DNA of 64,000 nt from Lama guanicoe. Taxonomy: Eukaryota. A program made the position numbers and the translations under genes. The first letter of the stretch is position 1; every line of letters starts with the position of its first letter. The notes under the pieces were generated by a model. That model did not search any database and was not told the DNA's origin. It saw nothing but the letters and a program-made list of their open reading frames with translations. Of this stretch, positions 13,392 to 24,000 are shown in pieces. The stretch covers positions 4,667,846-4,731,845 of the forward strand of contig MU056737.1 of NCBI GenBank assembly GCA_013239625.1, written 5' to 3'.

Positions 13392-13460
13392 ACGCCGGAC
13401 GCCCCCCCACGTCCGGCCCCAGCTCACGCCGGACGCCCCCCCCACGTCCGGCCCCAGCTC
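13392..13460. repeat. Two-copy 34/35-bp GC-rich tandem repeat
   Basis: acgccggacg(c7)acgtccggccccagctc followed by acgccggacg(c8)acgtccggccccagctc. Confidence 0.95.
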
Positions 13461-16400
13461 CGGCCCCTGCGGGACGAGGGAGCAGCGGGAGAAGGGGCTT
13501 CCCGTCCTGGAAGAGGCCCTCCATCCTCGCCCGGAGCTGATGAAGGAGACGGACTGGGGCCGGCAGGGACGCAGTCCAGGTTTTGCCTGCCACCTCCAGG
13601 AGGAATGAAGATCGACCGCATCTGAGTGACCCTGAGCAAGACCCCCGCCTCTCTCAGCCCCGGGCCCCACACCTGGAGGCCGGGCACAGCTTCACAGCCT
13701 CGCCGGGGCTCTGCTGAGACGGCACGCCTCCGCGGGTAATCCCAGGGCTGGGAAGGGTCAGGCGGGTGTCATGGCACGCGTCGCACGGGGGCTGCGCGGG
13801 GAGGCAATCAGGCCCATCAGAAGCAGGCAGGGCGCGAGTGCCTCCCACGGCCTTGATTTCAGGGAGATTGAAACGAAGGCCAGAGGGTCAGCTGCCTTAC
13901 TTGCAGCGTTTTAGCTCGTTTCCTGAACCCCAAATCAGACTTCCAGGTTGCTGAGCGCCGTGGACACAGATGTACAGGGGCGAGGGGTCACCACCACAGC
14001 AGAGAGAGGACGGCGAGAAGGCTGGCCGGTACCCCCCCAGCATCAGGGCCAGCGCACGGGACAAGCTGGTGACCTCCTTATGACTCTCCACCATGAGACA
14101 GAGTTAACGGAGGCCCCGCGCACCCCCTCCCTCACAGCGATGCTGCACCCAGCTCCCACCCTGCGGGACGCGGTCCCTGGCAGACGACACAGGCGGGTGT
14201 GAACGGGGCAGCTGCCGTCCAGAGGAGACACGGCCTCAGCCGTGAGCCCTGAGACGGTGAGGACAGGGCACCGCTGCCTCCCAGACCCGTGGCGCCGTCC
14301 CCAGCTGCCTGAGGCCTCCTAACAATCGCTGTGGCCGCAGCTGTCCTCTCCTGGCCTGCCTGGGTACCAAGGGGTCTCCTCTTTGGATTCGACCTGTGTC
14401 GTACTGCGGCTGACATCGGAGGTGGAGCGGATCAGAGAGCTGGGCGTGAAGCAAGCAAGCACCATAGCGCACCCGCCCCCGGCCTGCCGCCTCGCGGCCC
14501 CGCGGCCTCGTCAGACGGTAGTGGGCAGATGGTAGAGGTCGGACGGGGGGCCTCGTTACTGCAGACGCGAAAGCTCACAGCAAACGTGTGCTTATGACAA
14601 GTTCATCAAAACCGCGCCCACGTAACTGGATGGCAAGTCCCACCTCCCTGCAAAACAGCCGACAAGTCACAGGGCAGCCGTCTCTGTCGCTGAATCTGAA
14701 CGTGCCCCTTCCGGCTGCGAGGAGGACCTCCATGGAAGGCGCACTGGGACCCGAGCGCGGCCCGTGAGGCCCTCTGTGGCAGCACCACCAGGGGTCAGTC
14801 ACTGAAGGCGTGAATTCGGTAAAACGTGCGTCACTGTTTCTTCAAACCACACTCCTCTCTGCACCTCAGTCCTCCTGCTAATTTTCAAAGGGAAGCCGGT
14901 TGCAGCCCTGTCTTAAAACTGAACACGGATTTCATTCCAAGTGCACCCAGGGAGCCTCCTTTCCCGCTGCGTCCCCTGAAGCGTCAGAGGCACCACGCCT
15001 GGCCTCCTCCGGGCCCTGGATCCAGGAACCTGTGACACATATTTAATGTGGACGTGACTACACCTGCCTTTTAGAGTCATAAGAAGCTGTCTTCTACAAA
15101 GAGGAGCTACTCAAAGTCAGACAAACAGCAGGGAGACCCCTCAGAGCGAGTGGGCAGGCGCTTCCGCATCCTGGACTTCTTGGTGCCAGAGGGAGACCAG
15201 GTCTCACCGGTGACTCGAAGCTGCTGGTAAGTAGGCATCTTTCAAAAAAATGACAAATAGAGCTTTTCCACATCACTCAGGCCACGACCTGGGGGGTCCT
15301 TCTGTGGTCACCCTGCCCTGAGGCCACACACATGACCACACGTGCCTGTGTAGATCCTCAGGTGACCGGGGGCCTGAGAACCGCCGCGGGCAAGTCTGTG
15401 CTCTGGGGGTGTCCCTGAAGGCCGCTCTGCTAAGTGGCGGGAAAGCCTGCTGTTCGAGGCTGTAGCCAGGCTAACCAGGGGATCTGGTGCTAAGTCAGTT
15501 TACCAAGGACTCACTGAGAAACGCAAAAGGGACCACACCTCTGTGAGCCCCCCCGTCTACGTGGAGACGGTAAGCGGCTTCCCCCACGGCCCTGCCGCAG
15601 GGAGGCCGGGGCTCCGACACAGCAGGGGGAGCGGCCACGTGGCTGTTCTCCCCAGGAAGGGCCCATCTGGTCCCCGATCCTCCTCGGGCTCGCTGGTCGC
15701 GACGCTGATTTCGGAGCAAGGCATCTGGTCTGGGGTGAGCCTGGTCCCGTCTGGACAGCGCCCTCCAGTAGCGCAGCGTCTCCCCTCCTACCCAGGGCCT
15801 CCTCGCGCTGTGGCCCCTCAGCTGTGCGGTGCCTGGGCTGGCGCTCCCTCACAGAGGGCAGTGTCGCATTTAAGTGCATCACCCGGCGGGTCCCGGGCCC
15901 TGGTCTGCACAGCCCTCTGCCTCTACTAGCGAGCCCTCCTGACTGTCGCTTGTGCCAGGGCCCTCGGCGTCCTGCCTTCCTGCTTCCTGGGCCTGCGAGA
16001 AGCTCCCGCCACGGAGAGACACGGCGCTGGCTCCTCTGTGCCCGCACGTCCGCAGGTGGGCGCCGTGGCAGTGCACGGCTGCCTTCTCTGCACAAGGCCC
16101 CCGACTCCCCCGTTCAGCTTGGAACGAGAGGTGCACAGCGGAAGGCAGCTGGGGCCCAGGCGAGCCTCGCAGCCTCCGAGCAATCCAAGACGGCGGAGAG
16201 AAGTCACCTTCCTGGGGGAGCCTGTGCCGGGCCCCACGCTCACCAAGATGTCGCTCAGCAGCGCCCAGACCTGGAAAGACTGGCGGGCCCTCCCGACAGG
16301 ACGCATGTGCAGCCCCACGGGGGCAGATGCCCGCCCAGGCCTTCCACCTGCCCCTTGTGACGTGGGGCGATCGGACAAACCGGGGCCAGGCGTTCCGCAT

Positions 16401-18349
16401 GACAACCGGCCGGTGTCTTTAAAAACTGCACTTTCGGGGCAAACCAAAAAAGAAATGGAATTAAAAACCGGGAAGAGCATTCTAGAAGGAGGAAGTTCAA
16501 GGAGATACGACCACAGAAAGCAGCATTGCTCCTTGACGGGATCTGGATCAAAAGTAAAACCGCAGCCGCGAGAGGCGGTCTTGGGACGAGGGGGGCCCAG
16601 CGGTGAGCTGTGATCGGTGATATGACTCGTTGACACTGTGTTTTGGAAGATGATGTGGGAGAAGGTCTGTCCGTAGAAGACACGTGTTCAAAAGTGGGTT
16701 TCACAAAAGAACTGAAACCGGAAACACACGGGCGGTCAGAGGGCTGAGCCTCCAGCGTCCTGACGTGGGTGACGCCCATCCCACCCAGGGTGCTGTGCCC
16801 GGAGTTAGACTGGGAGGGACAGTTCCCTGGCTCCCGCTGGCCTCTGCATGGGAACCGCGGACGGGCGGGACTCTGACATCGCTCCAGGCCGGTGCCTCGG
16901 TTTACTCCCGAGGACCGGGATCCTCCCACGGCCGTGTGGCGGCTGCTTCTCCAGTCGCCCCAGAAAGGGGACGGCGAGCCCGGGCGGGGCTTGCCTGCCC
17001 CCGGCACCACTTTAAACCGGCTTTACGAGCGTAATTGGCGTCAGGCTCGGTGCCGCATCTTATGTTCTGTTTCACAAACAGGAGGATTATTTCAGATTGA
17101 TCAGAGGCGACTGCACTTTGCAAATCACCTTGCACCATGGCTGCTTCACTTTGCTAAGTGGGCTCCACGGGTACGGACGCTCTAATCCAGTTTGGTCTAT
17201 TCGGGATGGCTGCCTTTTGTGAACTGGAGGTGATAAACGCTTTTGTTTTTATTTTGAATATGAATCTGAGGAGCAGGTGGAAGGCGGGAAGTGCGGCGGT
17301 TCAGCCCTGTTGATAGATGGACCCACCGTGTCAGAGCTGCATCTGTGTTTTGTCTGACCACCGAGCGCGGTCAAGCGCTCCCGAGACCAAGAGATTCCTG
17401 CACAAAAACCGCCATGAAAAAAGGAATAAAAACCTGAAAAACACGAAGGCGATGAAAGGGGTGAGGAGGGGAGGGGGGCGAGGAAAGAAAGGCACAATCT
17501 GTCGCCGTTTCCAAAACCACGCTTCGCACAGGAGCCTGGGGTTGACCTAAAGGCCAAACGGAGAGACTGTGTCGCGGGGAGGCTCAGCCCACGTGTTTGT
17601 GTGTGTGGAGCTGCTCCCCGCCTCCCAGCGGTAAAAGCAGCTGCAGAGAAGACAGGGTCTGCGGTGAATTCGAAGGCGGTAGTGAGAACATCTGCCAAAG
17701 GGAAAAAGCCGCCTGGTCGGGACGTTACCCAGGAGGAGGGAGACGTGGTCCCCGACGTCCAGAGCGAGGGGCGTCCTGCTGTGGGTCTGCGTGTCAGCCG
17801 TGACCGCGGGCCGTGACCACGGGGCCGCGCCCGGAGCCCCGGTGACTTGGGCGCAGCACGGAGGCTGAGGCGGAGGCTGGTGAGCTCTGGGTGCGTCTAG
17901 CTAACACGCTGGGACCCCCTCCCAGAGAGAAGTCACTGTTTCACATTTCTTCCGGTCAAAGCTCTTCACGCTTACACAGAAGTTTTAGGGCTGAGTCACT
18001 CAGCTCCGTAAGAGTAAATCGGGGCAGAAACTGGGCAGAGCTGACTGTATAATTCCAGTTTCAGTGGTGCTTGAATGCCTGGTACTTCGGGCCAGACCGC
18101 GGGGCAGCGCCGCCCCGGCCCCTCCCCCGCCCGGCACCGAGAGAGGCCGCGGTCCTCTCCCCGGGCGTCCTCGGCCCCCGGTGCCCTCCCTCGCCAGCCC
18201 ATGGGTCACTGACGGTGGACGCAGTCCAGGCACCGAGCTGGTGCAGGGGGTTAAGTGCACTTGGACTCACAGGACTGAGACCAGAACCAGCTGATTCAAA
18301 CACACTGAGCAACGCACCTCACGGAAGGGGTGCGCGCGGCTGCAGGGTC

Positions 18350-18446
18350 CAGCTTGACGGGTGGTTGAAAAGCTACATACAGGTGTCAAAACTCATCAGA
18401 CTGGTGGATTTACCGTAAGTCGCACCTCAGGAAAGCTGATTAAAAC
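18350..18446 (+). mobile_element. L1M (L1MB/MC-like) 3' end fragment
   Basis: tacatacaggtgtcaaaactcatcagact...cacctcaggaaagctgattaaaa resembles the old L1 3' terminus. Confidence 0.6.
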
Positions 18447-19659
18447 CTGCCTTAGAAACGGGATTTTCCCAGGAGCCCAGCAGGTGGGCGTCCCCACCCC
18501 ACCCGGGGACTGGGACACACGACGCGGCCAGAAGGCAGGCTGACACGGGAGGCCCTCCATCAGGATCAAGTCAGGCGCAGGGCCAAGAACCAGCACCAGG
18601 GCATCTGAGGGAAACTTCCAGGACCGGGCAGCAGCGTCCCGAGCCTCAGCCGACAAGCAGAGGCCAGAGGCAATGGTGCTGGTCCCCAGAGGAGAGGTGG
18701 TCCCCATGGCATAGGCAGAAGCCGCCAGGCAGCGCTCAGCCACGGGGGAGACACCAACAGACCGGGGTTGAACATAACTGCCAGGAAGTGAAAACGGGGG
18801 TTGAGTTCAAATCCCCCCCGAGGGGGTGGGGGGGGGACTCGGCGGAACTGCCCGCTTCCCGGGGGATGAGGAAGGGGCGGCACTGGCATGTCCAGGAAGA
18901 ACCCAGGACTGTCAGTGGAGGGACGGCAGACACGAGCCTGAAGACTCCGGTCCAGGAGACGCAGGCGAGAGACCAGGGGTTCACACAGGAGTCGCACTGG
19001 TCACCTCACTGCGCAGCCTTGTTTAGGGGGAGAGGAGGACACAGCTCAGGACGCCTCGCAAATCAGCGGGCGAAGGACGGGTTACTCAGCCAGCGAGGGC
19101 ATGTCTTCGGAAAGGCCCCTTCACCCCCGCTCACAACGCAGGGCAACAGCGCCCAGACGACCCAGGTGAAGCAGTGGGGTAGCAGCAGGAGCCACAGAAA
19201 CTAAAGCACAACAGGGACCGTGCAGCCGACCAGAGACCGAGGGCCCCTGAACCAGAGCGTGACCGGTCAAACCTGAAACGAAACGCCAAATACTTCTGAA
19301 TGCACCAAAGCCTCATACTCTGAACCTCAAACAGTTGTAACAGGCAAACTGACACAGGCAGGACGGCCGACAGAGGAAGCGACCATGAAAATCCTGAGCG
19401 GCTTTCTCCCTGAGGCCCAAAGGCCCACGCGCGAGCACCTGCATCTACTTCGCAGGATTCAAAGCCGCACGTGGAAGCAGTGATGAGACTCCACGGCTCG
19501 CCTTGAAGGACGCCAAGGTTTAAGCCGAGCGACTGTCCTAGTGCTGCTCAGAGAGCCACTCAGAGGGCCGCTCAGAGGCACCGCTGTCCCAGACGCCCCC
19601 AGGATCTGGGGTGGACGCTGGTGCACCTGGACAGTGAAAACCAAGACCCCTGGGAGAGT

Positions 19660-20090
19660 CTGCGCCTTTAGACACAGCGCTTAGATGTCTAGGAGCGTGT
19701 CCTAAAGGAGTAACACGTCAGACGGGCCAGATCTGTGTCTCAGGATGGTGACTGCAGCAAGATTTACCAAAGTAAAACGCTCAGCAAAGCGGGCTGGGTC
19801 TCAGACCAGCGAGGGTGGGACCACGCGAAGAACGCGGCGCCCCTCAAAGGACACTTCAGAGACCGTTTGACGAGGCCGAACACGCTGAGTGAAAGGAAGA
19901 TAAAACCCTATCGCAGCGTGCGGCATGCGTGCTCCACGCAACGTGTGCTGCACACATACTCTGAAAGAAAGACCACTAGCCAGTGAAGCTGGGGGTGGAA
20001 TTACTAGTGATTGTAAGTTTATTGTTTGTCACTTTCTAAGTTTTCCACACAAGTATTCAATAAAGTGAAACAAGTATTTTAACAAAAATA
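19660..20090 (+). mobile_element. Ancient L1 (L1ME-like) 3' UTR fragment
   Basis: ctaggagcgtgtcctaaaggagtaa...gctgagtgaaaggaag...gggggtggaattactagtgatt...ttttccaca...aataaa follows the L1ME 3' UTR layout, heavily diverged. Confidence 0.55.
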
Positions 20091-20220
20091 TGCATCTCCC
20101 GACTCTGAAAATGTCAAAGTTTGCCGATGGCCCACGTCATGACCCAAGGTACCGACCTGGCCGTCCTGTCTCCGCAGACACTTTCCAACAGCGTCACCAG
20201 AGCTGCATTTGCTGCGTCAG

Positions 20221-20365
20221 CCGTCCATCCGCTCACCCACCCACCCACCTGCCTACGCATCTGACCATCCACTCACTTCTCCAACGTCGTCCGTCCGACC
20301 CCCCACCCCCCAAGCCCGCATCCTCCATCCTCCATCCATCTATCCACTCATCCATCCACCCAATG
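20221..20365. repeat. Degenerate (CCAY)n low-complexity tract (expanded L2 tail)
   Basis: ccgtccatcc, cacccacccacc, tccatcctccatccatctatccactcatccatccac. Confidence 0.7.
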
Positions 20366-20485
20366 GTCCGTCTGAACAGAGGACCTTTTATTCACAGTGC
20401 ACTATGGGCCAGGTTCAAGGTGCACTCCTGCGATGGCTGGGACAAAGTCTGCGTCCCTGAGGGATGCAGAGTCTGATGGAGGACG
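20325..20485 (-). mobile_element. L2 3' end fragment
   Basis: catcc...aacagaggacctttattcacagtgcactatgggccagg...gacaaagtctgcgtccctgagggatgcagagtctgatgg is the reverse complement of an L2 3' terminus. Confidence 0.6.
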
Positions 20486-21030
20486 CAGAGCCGTGGGAGG
20501 GAGCCCAGCAGAGGGTGTCCTGGGAGCACAGGGCGAGGCCGCCTCCTCCAGGGAAGGCAGTCAGCGCTCCCTCAGACACGCGTCAGTAATGCCCACAGTC
20601 CCGGACCCCAGCAGGGTCGAAGCCTCTTGGGCTCTTTGTCTCTGCCCTTCTGGGACCGGCCCCTCAGCAAACCTGACCAACGCCCAAGGCCCAGCACCGC
20701 GAGCCCCTGCGGAGTGGTGACACCCCCTTCTGTCCATACCTCTGCCCACAGCCCTAAGTGCGCTTTGTGCCAGACTGCAAGGCCGCGGTCGTGTGTCCAC
20801 CTGTTAGGCCAGGAGCAGCCGGCGCGGGGTGGGTCCTGCACATCTCAGCCCCGGTTTGCAAGTAAACGCATAAACGTTCCTCCTGGGTCGCACCACCCCT
20901 TCCACAACGTTGTTCAAATCCCTCTCACCCTTCAAGGAGCCACAATCATTGCAACGTGTCCCTGAAGTCGCCTCTGATCATGCCAGCCCTCCCCTGAAAG
21001 CCAGCAGCTCCGAGTCGTCCTTTAACAGCA

Positions 21031-21032
<2 letters not shown>

Positions 21033-21061
<29 letters not shown>
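21033..21061. repeat. (GT)14 microsatellite
   Basis: Perfect GT dinucleotide run. Confidence 0.98.
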
Positions 21062-21063
<2 letters not shown>

Positions 21064-24000
21064 CGTGGGGGTGGGTGTGAGTCACTGCTGGGGACCTACT
21101 CTGGGCCCAGCAATGCCGCGTCTTTGTCACAGGGCGGCCAGGAGGAGAGGGCGTGGGAATTGGGGCACGCGGGGCCGTCCCACGGGTCGAGGGCAGTGCC
21201 TGCAGGAGATGCTCCAGTTTAGACTCTGTTGCAGACGAACGCGCTGCCCGACCTGCTGTGACCGGCTCCCCACCCCTCAGGTCTGGCCTCTGGTCAGAGG
21301 TTCTTCCCCTGGATGGTTGAGGGGTGGGACCCTCGCCCGGGGTTGGGGGCAGGCTGCAGTTGGTCCTGGGAGGAGGAGGGGGCTTGGTCCAGGGGCTTGG
21401 TCCTGGAGCTGCTGCCGCCTGAGGCTAGCCCCTCCCCGTGTCCATCGTGGAGGGTCACCACGTCCCACGGCCTCTGAGCAGCGGGCAGACAGACCAGGGC
21501 CCTCCGGGGTCAGTCACTAAAGCCAGGGACGTCCTCGGGCGAAAGCAGCTCCGTGGTCAGACACCAGGAGCTCCGTGGTGGCGGGACAGGGACTTGTGAC
21601 TCCCCGGAGCACTTCCTGAACTGGCTGCAGGGTCCCGAGGAGCTTGCCCGCGTTGGTCCTTCACATCCTCCTGTGAGTCCGGGGAGGTGGGGTCCGGGGC
21701 GGCAGCACCACTGGGCCCAGAGCAGGCTCCCTGGCAGCGACACACTCAGAACCACACCGTGTCGGCTCCAGATGGAGCCGCGCACCGCCGCTGCCCGAGA
21801 CTTGGGCTGCTCAAGGCCAGCCGAGGGGCCTCTGACTGCACGAGGGTTTAAATGAAACCTGGGGGAAGCTCCCACTCCGCCGCCCACTCCGCAGAATGGC
21901 TTTTTAAAGCCCCCTCAGGAAACCCGAAATTAGCCTCAACACAGACGCAAATCTATGTGGGGCAGGAGCAGGCAGGAGCAGTCATGACCAGAGCTGCGGA
22001 GGGAGAGGTCGCTGAGCCCGCGACCCCGCCTCCCCGACCTCTGCACCTCCTGGGCTGACAGGGCCCTGATCACACATCACTCAGGAGCACAGGGGACCGT
22101 AAATGGAGCCGGCTTTAAAAAGAGAAAGTTTGGTTAGTAAGAGGGAAGCTGGGAGTAAATAAACGTTACTCAAGAAACCTTACTGATTGTCCTACAGTTT
22201 ACGAAAAGCTCGCAGCCCGGGGGCGTGGGCCACCCTCCCAGTCGTGAGAGGCACGGCTGACGCTGCCCTGGGCCCCGGTTCCCGCGTGACGCGGGTGGCT
22301 CCTGGACGCTTCTTCCTCTCTGCGCCTCTTCCTGTCTGCCTGCCATCAGGCGGAGCTCTGCCAGGCTGACACCTCAAGGACCAGCGTCAGAACTGGAACC
22401 TTCTCCCTCCGCAGCCACGTGCGATGAAAAGTGCCTTCGGCCCCCAGCAGCTCCCCGCCGGGCGGCCCACCGGCAGAGCCTCGGAACCACTTGCACGTTT
22501 TCATTCAGCGCGAAGGTCTCCAACCCACACACAAGACGCAGGCGGCATTATTCTCCGGCGCTCTGCGCTCGGGCTGAGGGAGATGCTGGAGTCTCGCGGT
22601 TTAGCCCCCACCACCACGTCCCGCTTTACGGCGTCGTCTCGGTGCATCCAGGACCATCGGGCGTCGTGTCCCCGGCCGCCTGCTGATCACAGATCTACCT
22701 GCACTATTTTCCTGCGGGACCGGGGTTCTGGGTCTCAGACGGCACGGTAAGGGCTTCAATGCCATTTTGTGAGCAGCCACGGGAGCCTGGCTGCTTGCTT
22801 CCCACGTTCGGTGGGCGCCATCAGGTCTGTGCACGGTGGTGCCAGAGGGTCTCCCGAGGCACCCAGCTGGGCGGGGCAGCCACTCGCTCCCGGTCCTCAG
22901 GGAGAAGGCGGCGTCAGAAAATTAACACAGGAGGCAGGAGAGAGGTGACTGGCAGCATCTTCTCAGAGAAACGGCCGTGACAGCTCTGTCCACGCGGCGG
23001 ACGCGGGAGCCTCGTGCCGGGCCCCACCCGTCTCTAAAATCACGCTCTGTGAACATCGTTGTGACAGTGAAACAGAAGACTTCTCCCTTGTAAAATTAAG
23101 TGTCACTCCTGATCGCGTAATATCTGAAACATCCTCTTCCCAAGTCCACACCAGTGATTCACACAGAAAATTACGCTCTCTCTGTTTATTGAGTGCGCAA
23201 TGCAGCCTTCAGATGTGCGAGGACCCCCGCTAGGTGAGAAATTAAAAAAGCTGCACTATAAGCCCCGATGGCACGTATGAAATACAAAAAAGGTAACTTA
23301 ATTGGTAATCAGAAGAAATCATAAAACTAATCATGCGATTAACGTCTTCAAAAGCAGGCGTGCGGGGCGTGTGTAATTACAAGAAAACAATGCAGCATGG
23401 TCCGGGGCGCTAATGAATTAATCGTCGCCGGGGGCGGCGTGCTGGCTCCAACTCGCACACTGCTTCCTGGGGTCGGGCCCCGCCCCTGCACCTGAGCTCT
23501 CCCCACAAGTGAAGGGCTCCCCACCTTTTCTTGGTGCCCCCTCCCTGGGCACCCATCCCCCAGGGGACACCTCCGTGGGGGCAGCAAGGCCAAGCCGGGA
23601 ACATCGAAACCTCGGAGGCTGACGGCTGAGTGCAGTGCCGGAGTGAAGAGTGTGTATTAACACGCGTGGATGCCTTCGGGCACCTTCCGAGATGCTCACA
23701 ACGCACTCAGACACACAGCTCCTCGCTTTGCACACGTGGTGGGGAGGGAAGTCTCTGCGCAATGCTGGTGACCCACGTGGCTTCGTTGATGGGGAGGGAG
23801 ACTGGGGTGAGACGAGGCAGTCATGGCTTCTCTCCAGACGGCCGCATTGCATGTCTACACACAGGGACCCTCGGACCTGACGTCGTGAGCTCGGCTAGGG
23901 CCGGAGGACAGAGGACCTGCTGGTGGGGGCCGGGGGCAGTGGGGAGCCTGGCCTCCTGTGGGTAGACGCTGAGCTCAGGTCTGAGGCCGAAGGGTCAGGT

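Noticed and set aside
16400-16712. Protein-like peptide RPKTASRGCGFTFDPDPVKEQC behind a good minus-strand acceptor
   Set aside because: That frame has a stop just after the acceptor, there is no good donor, and I recognise no homologue.
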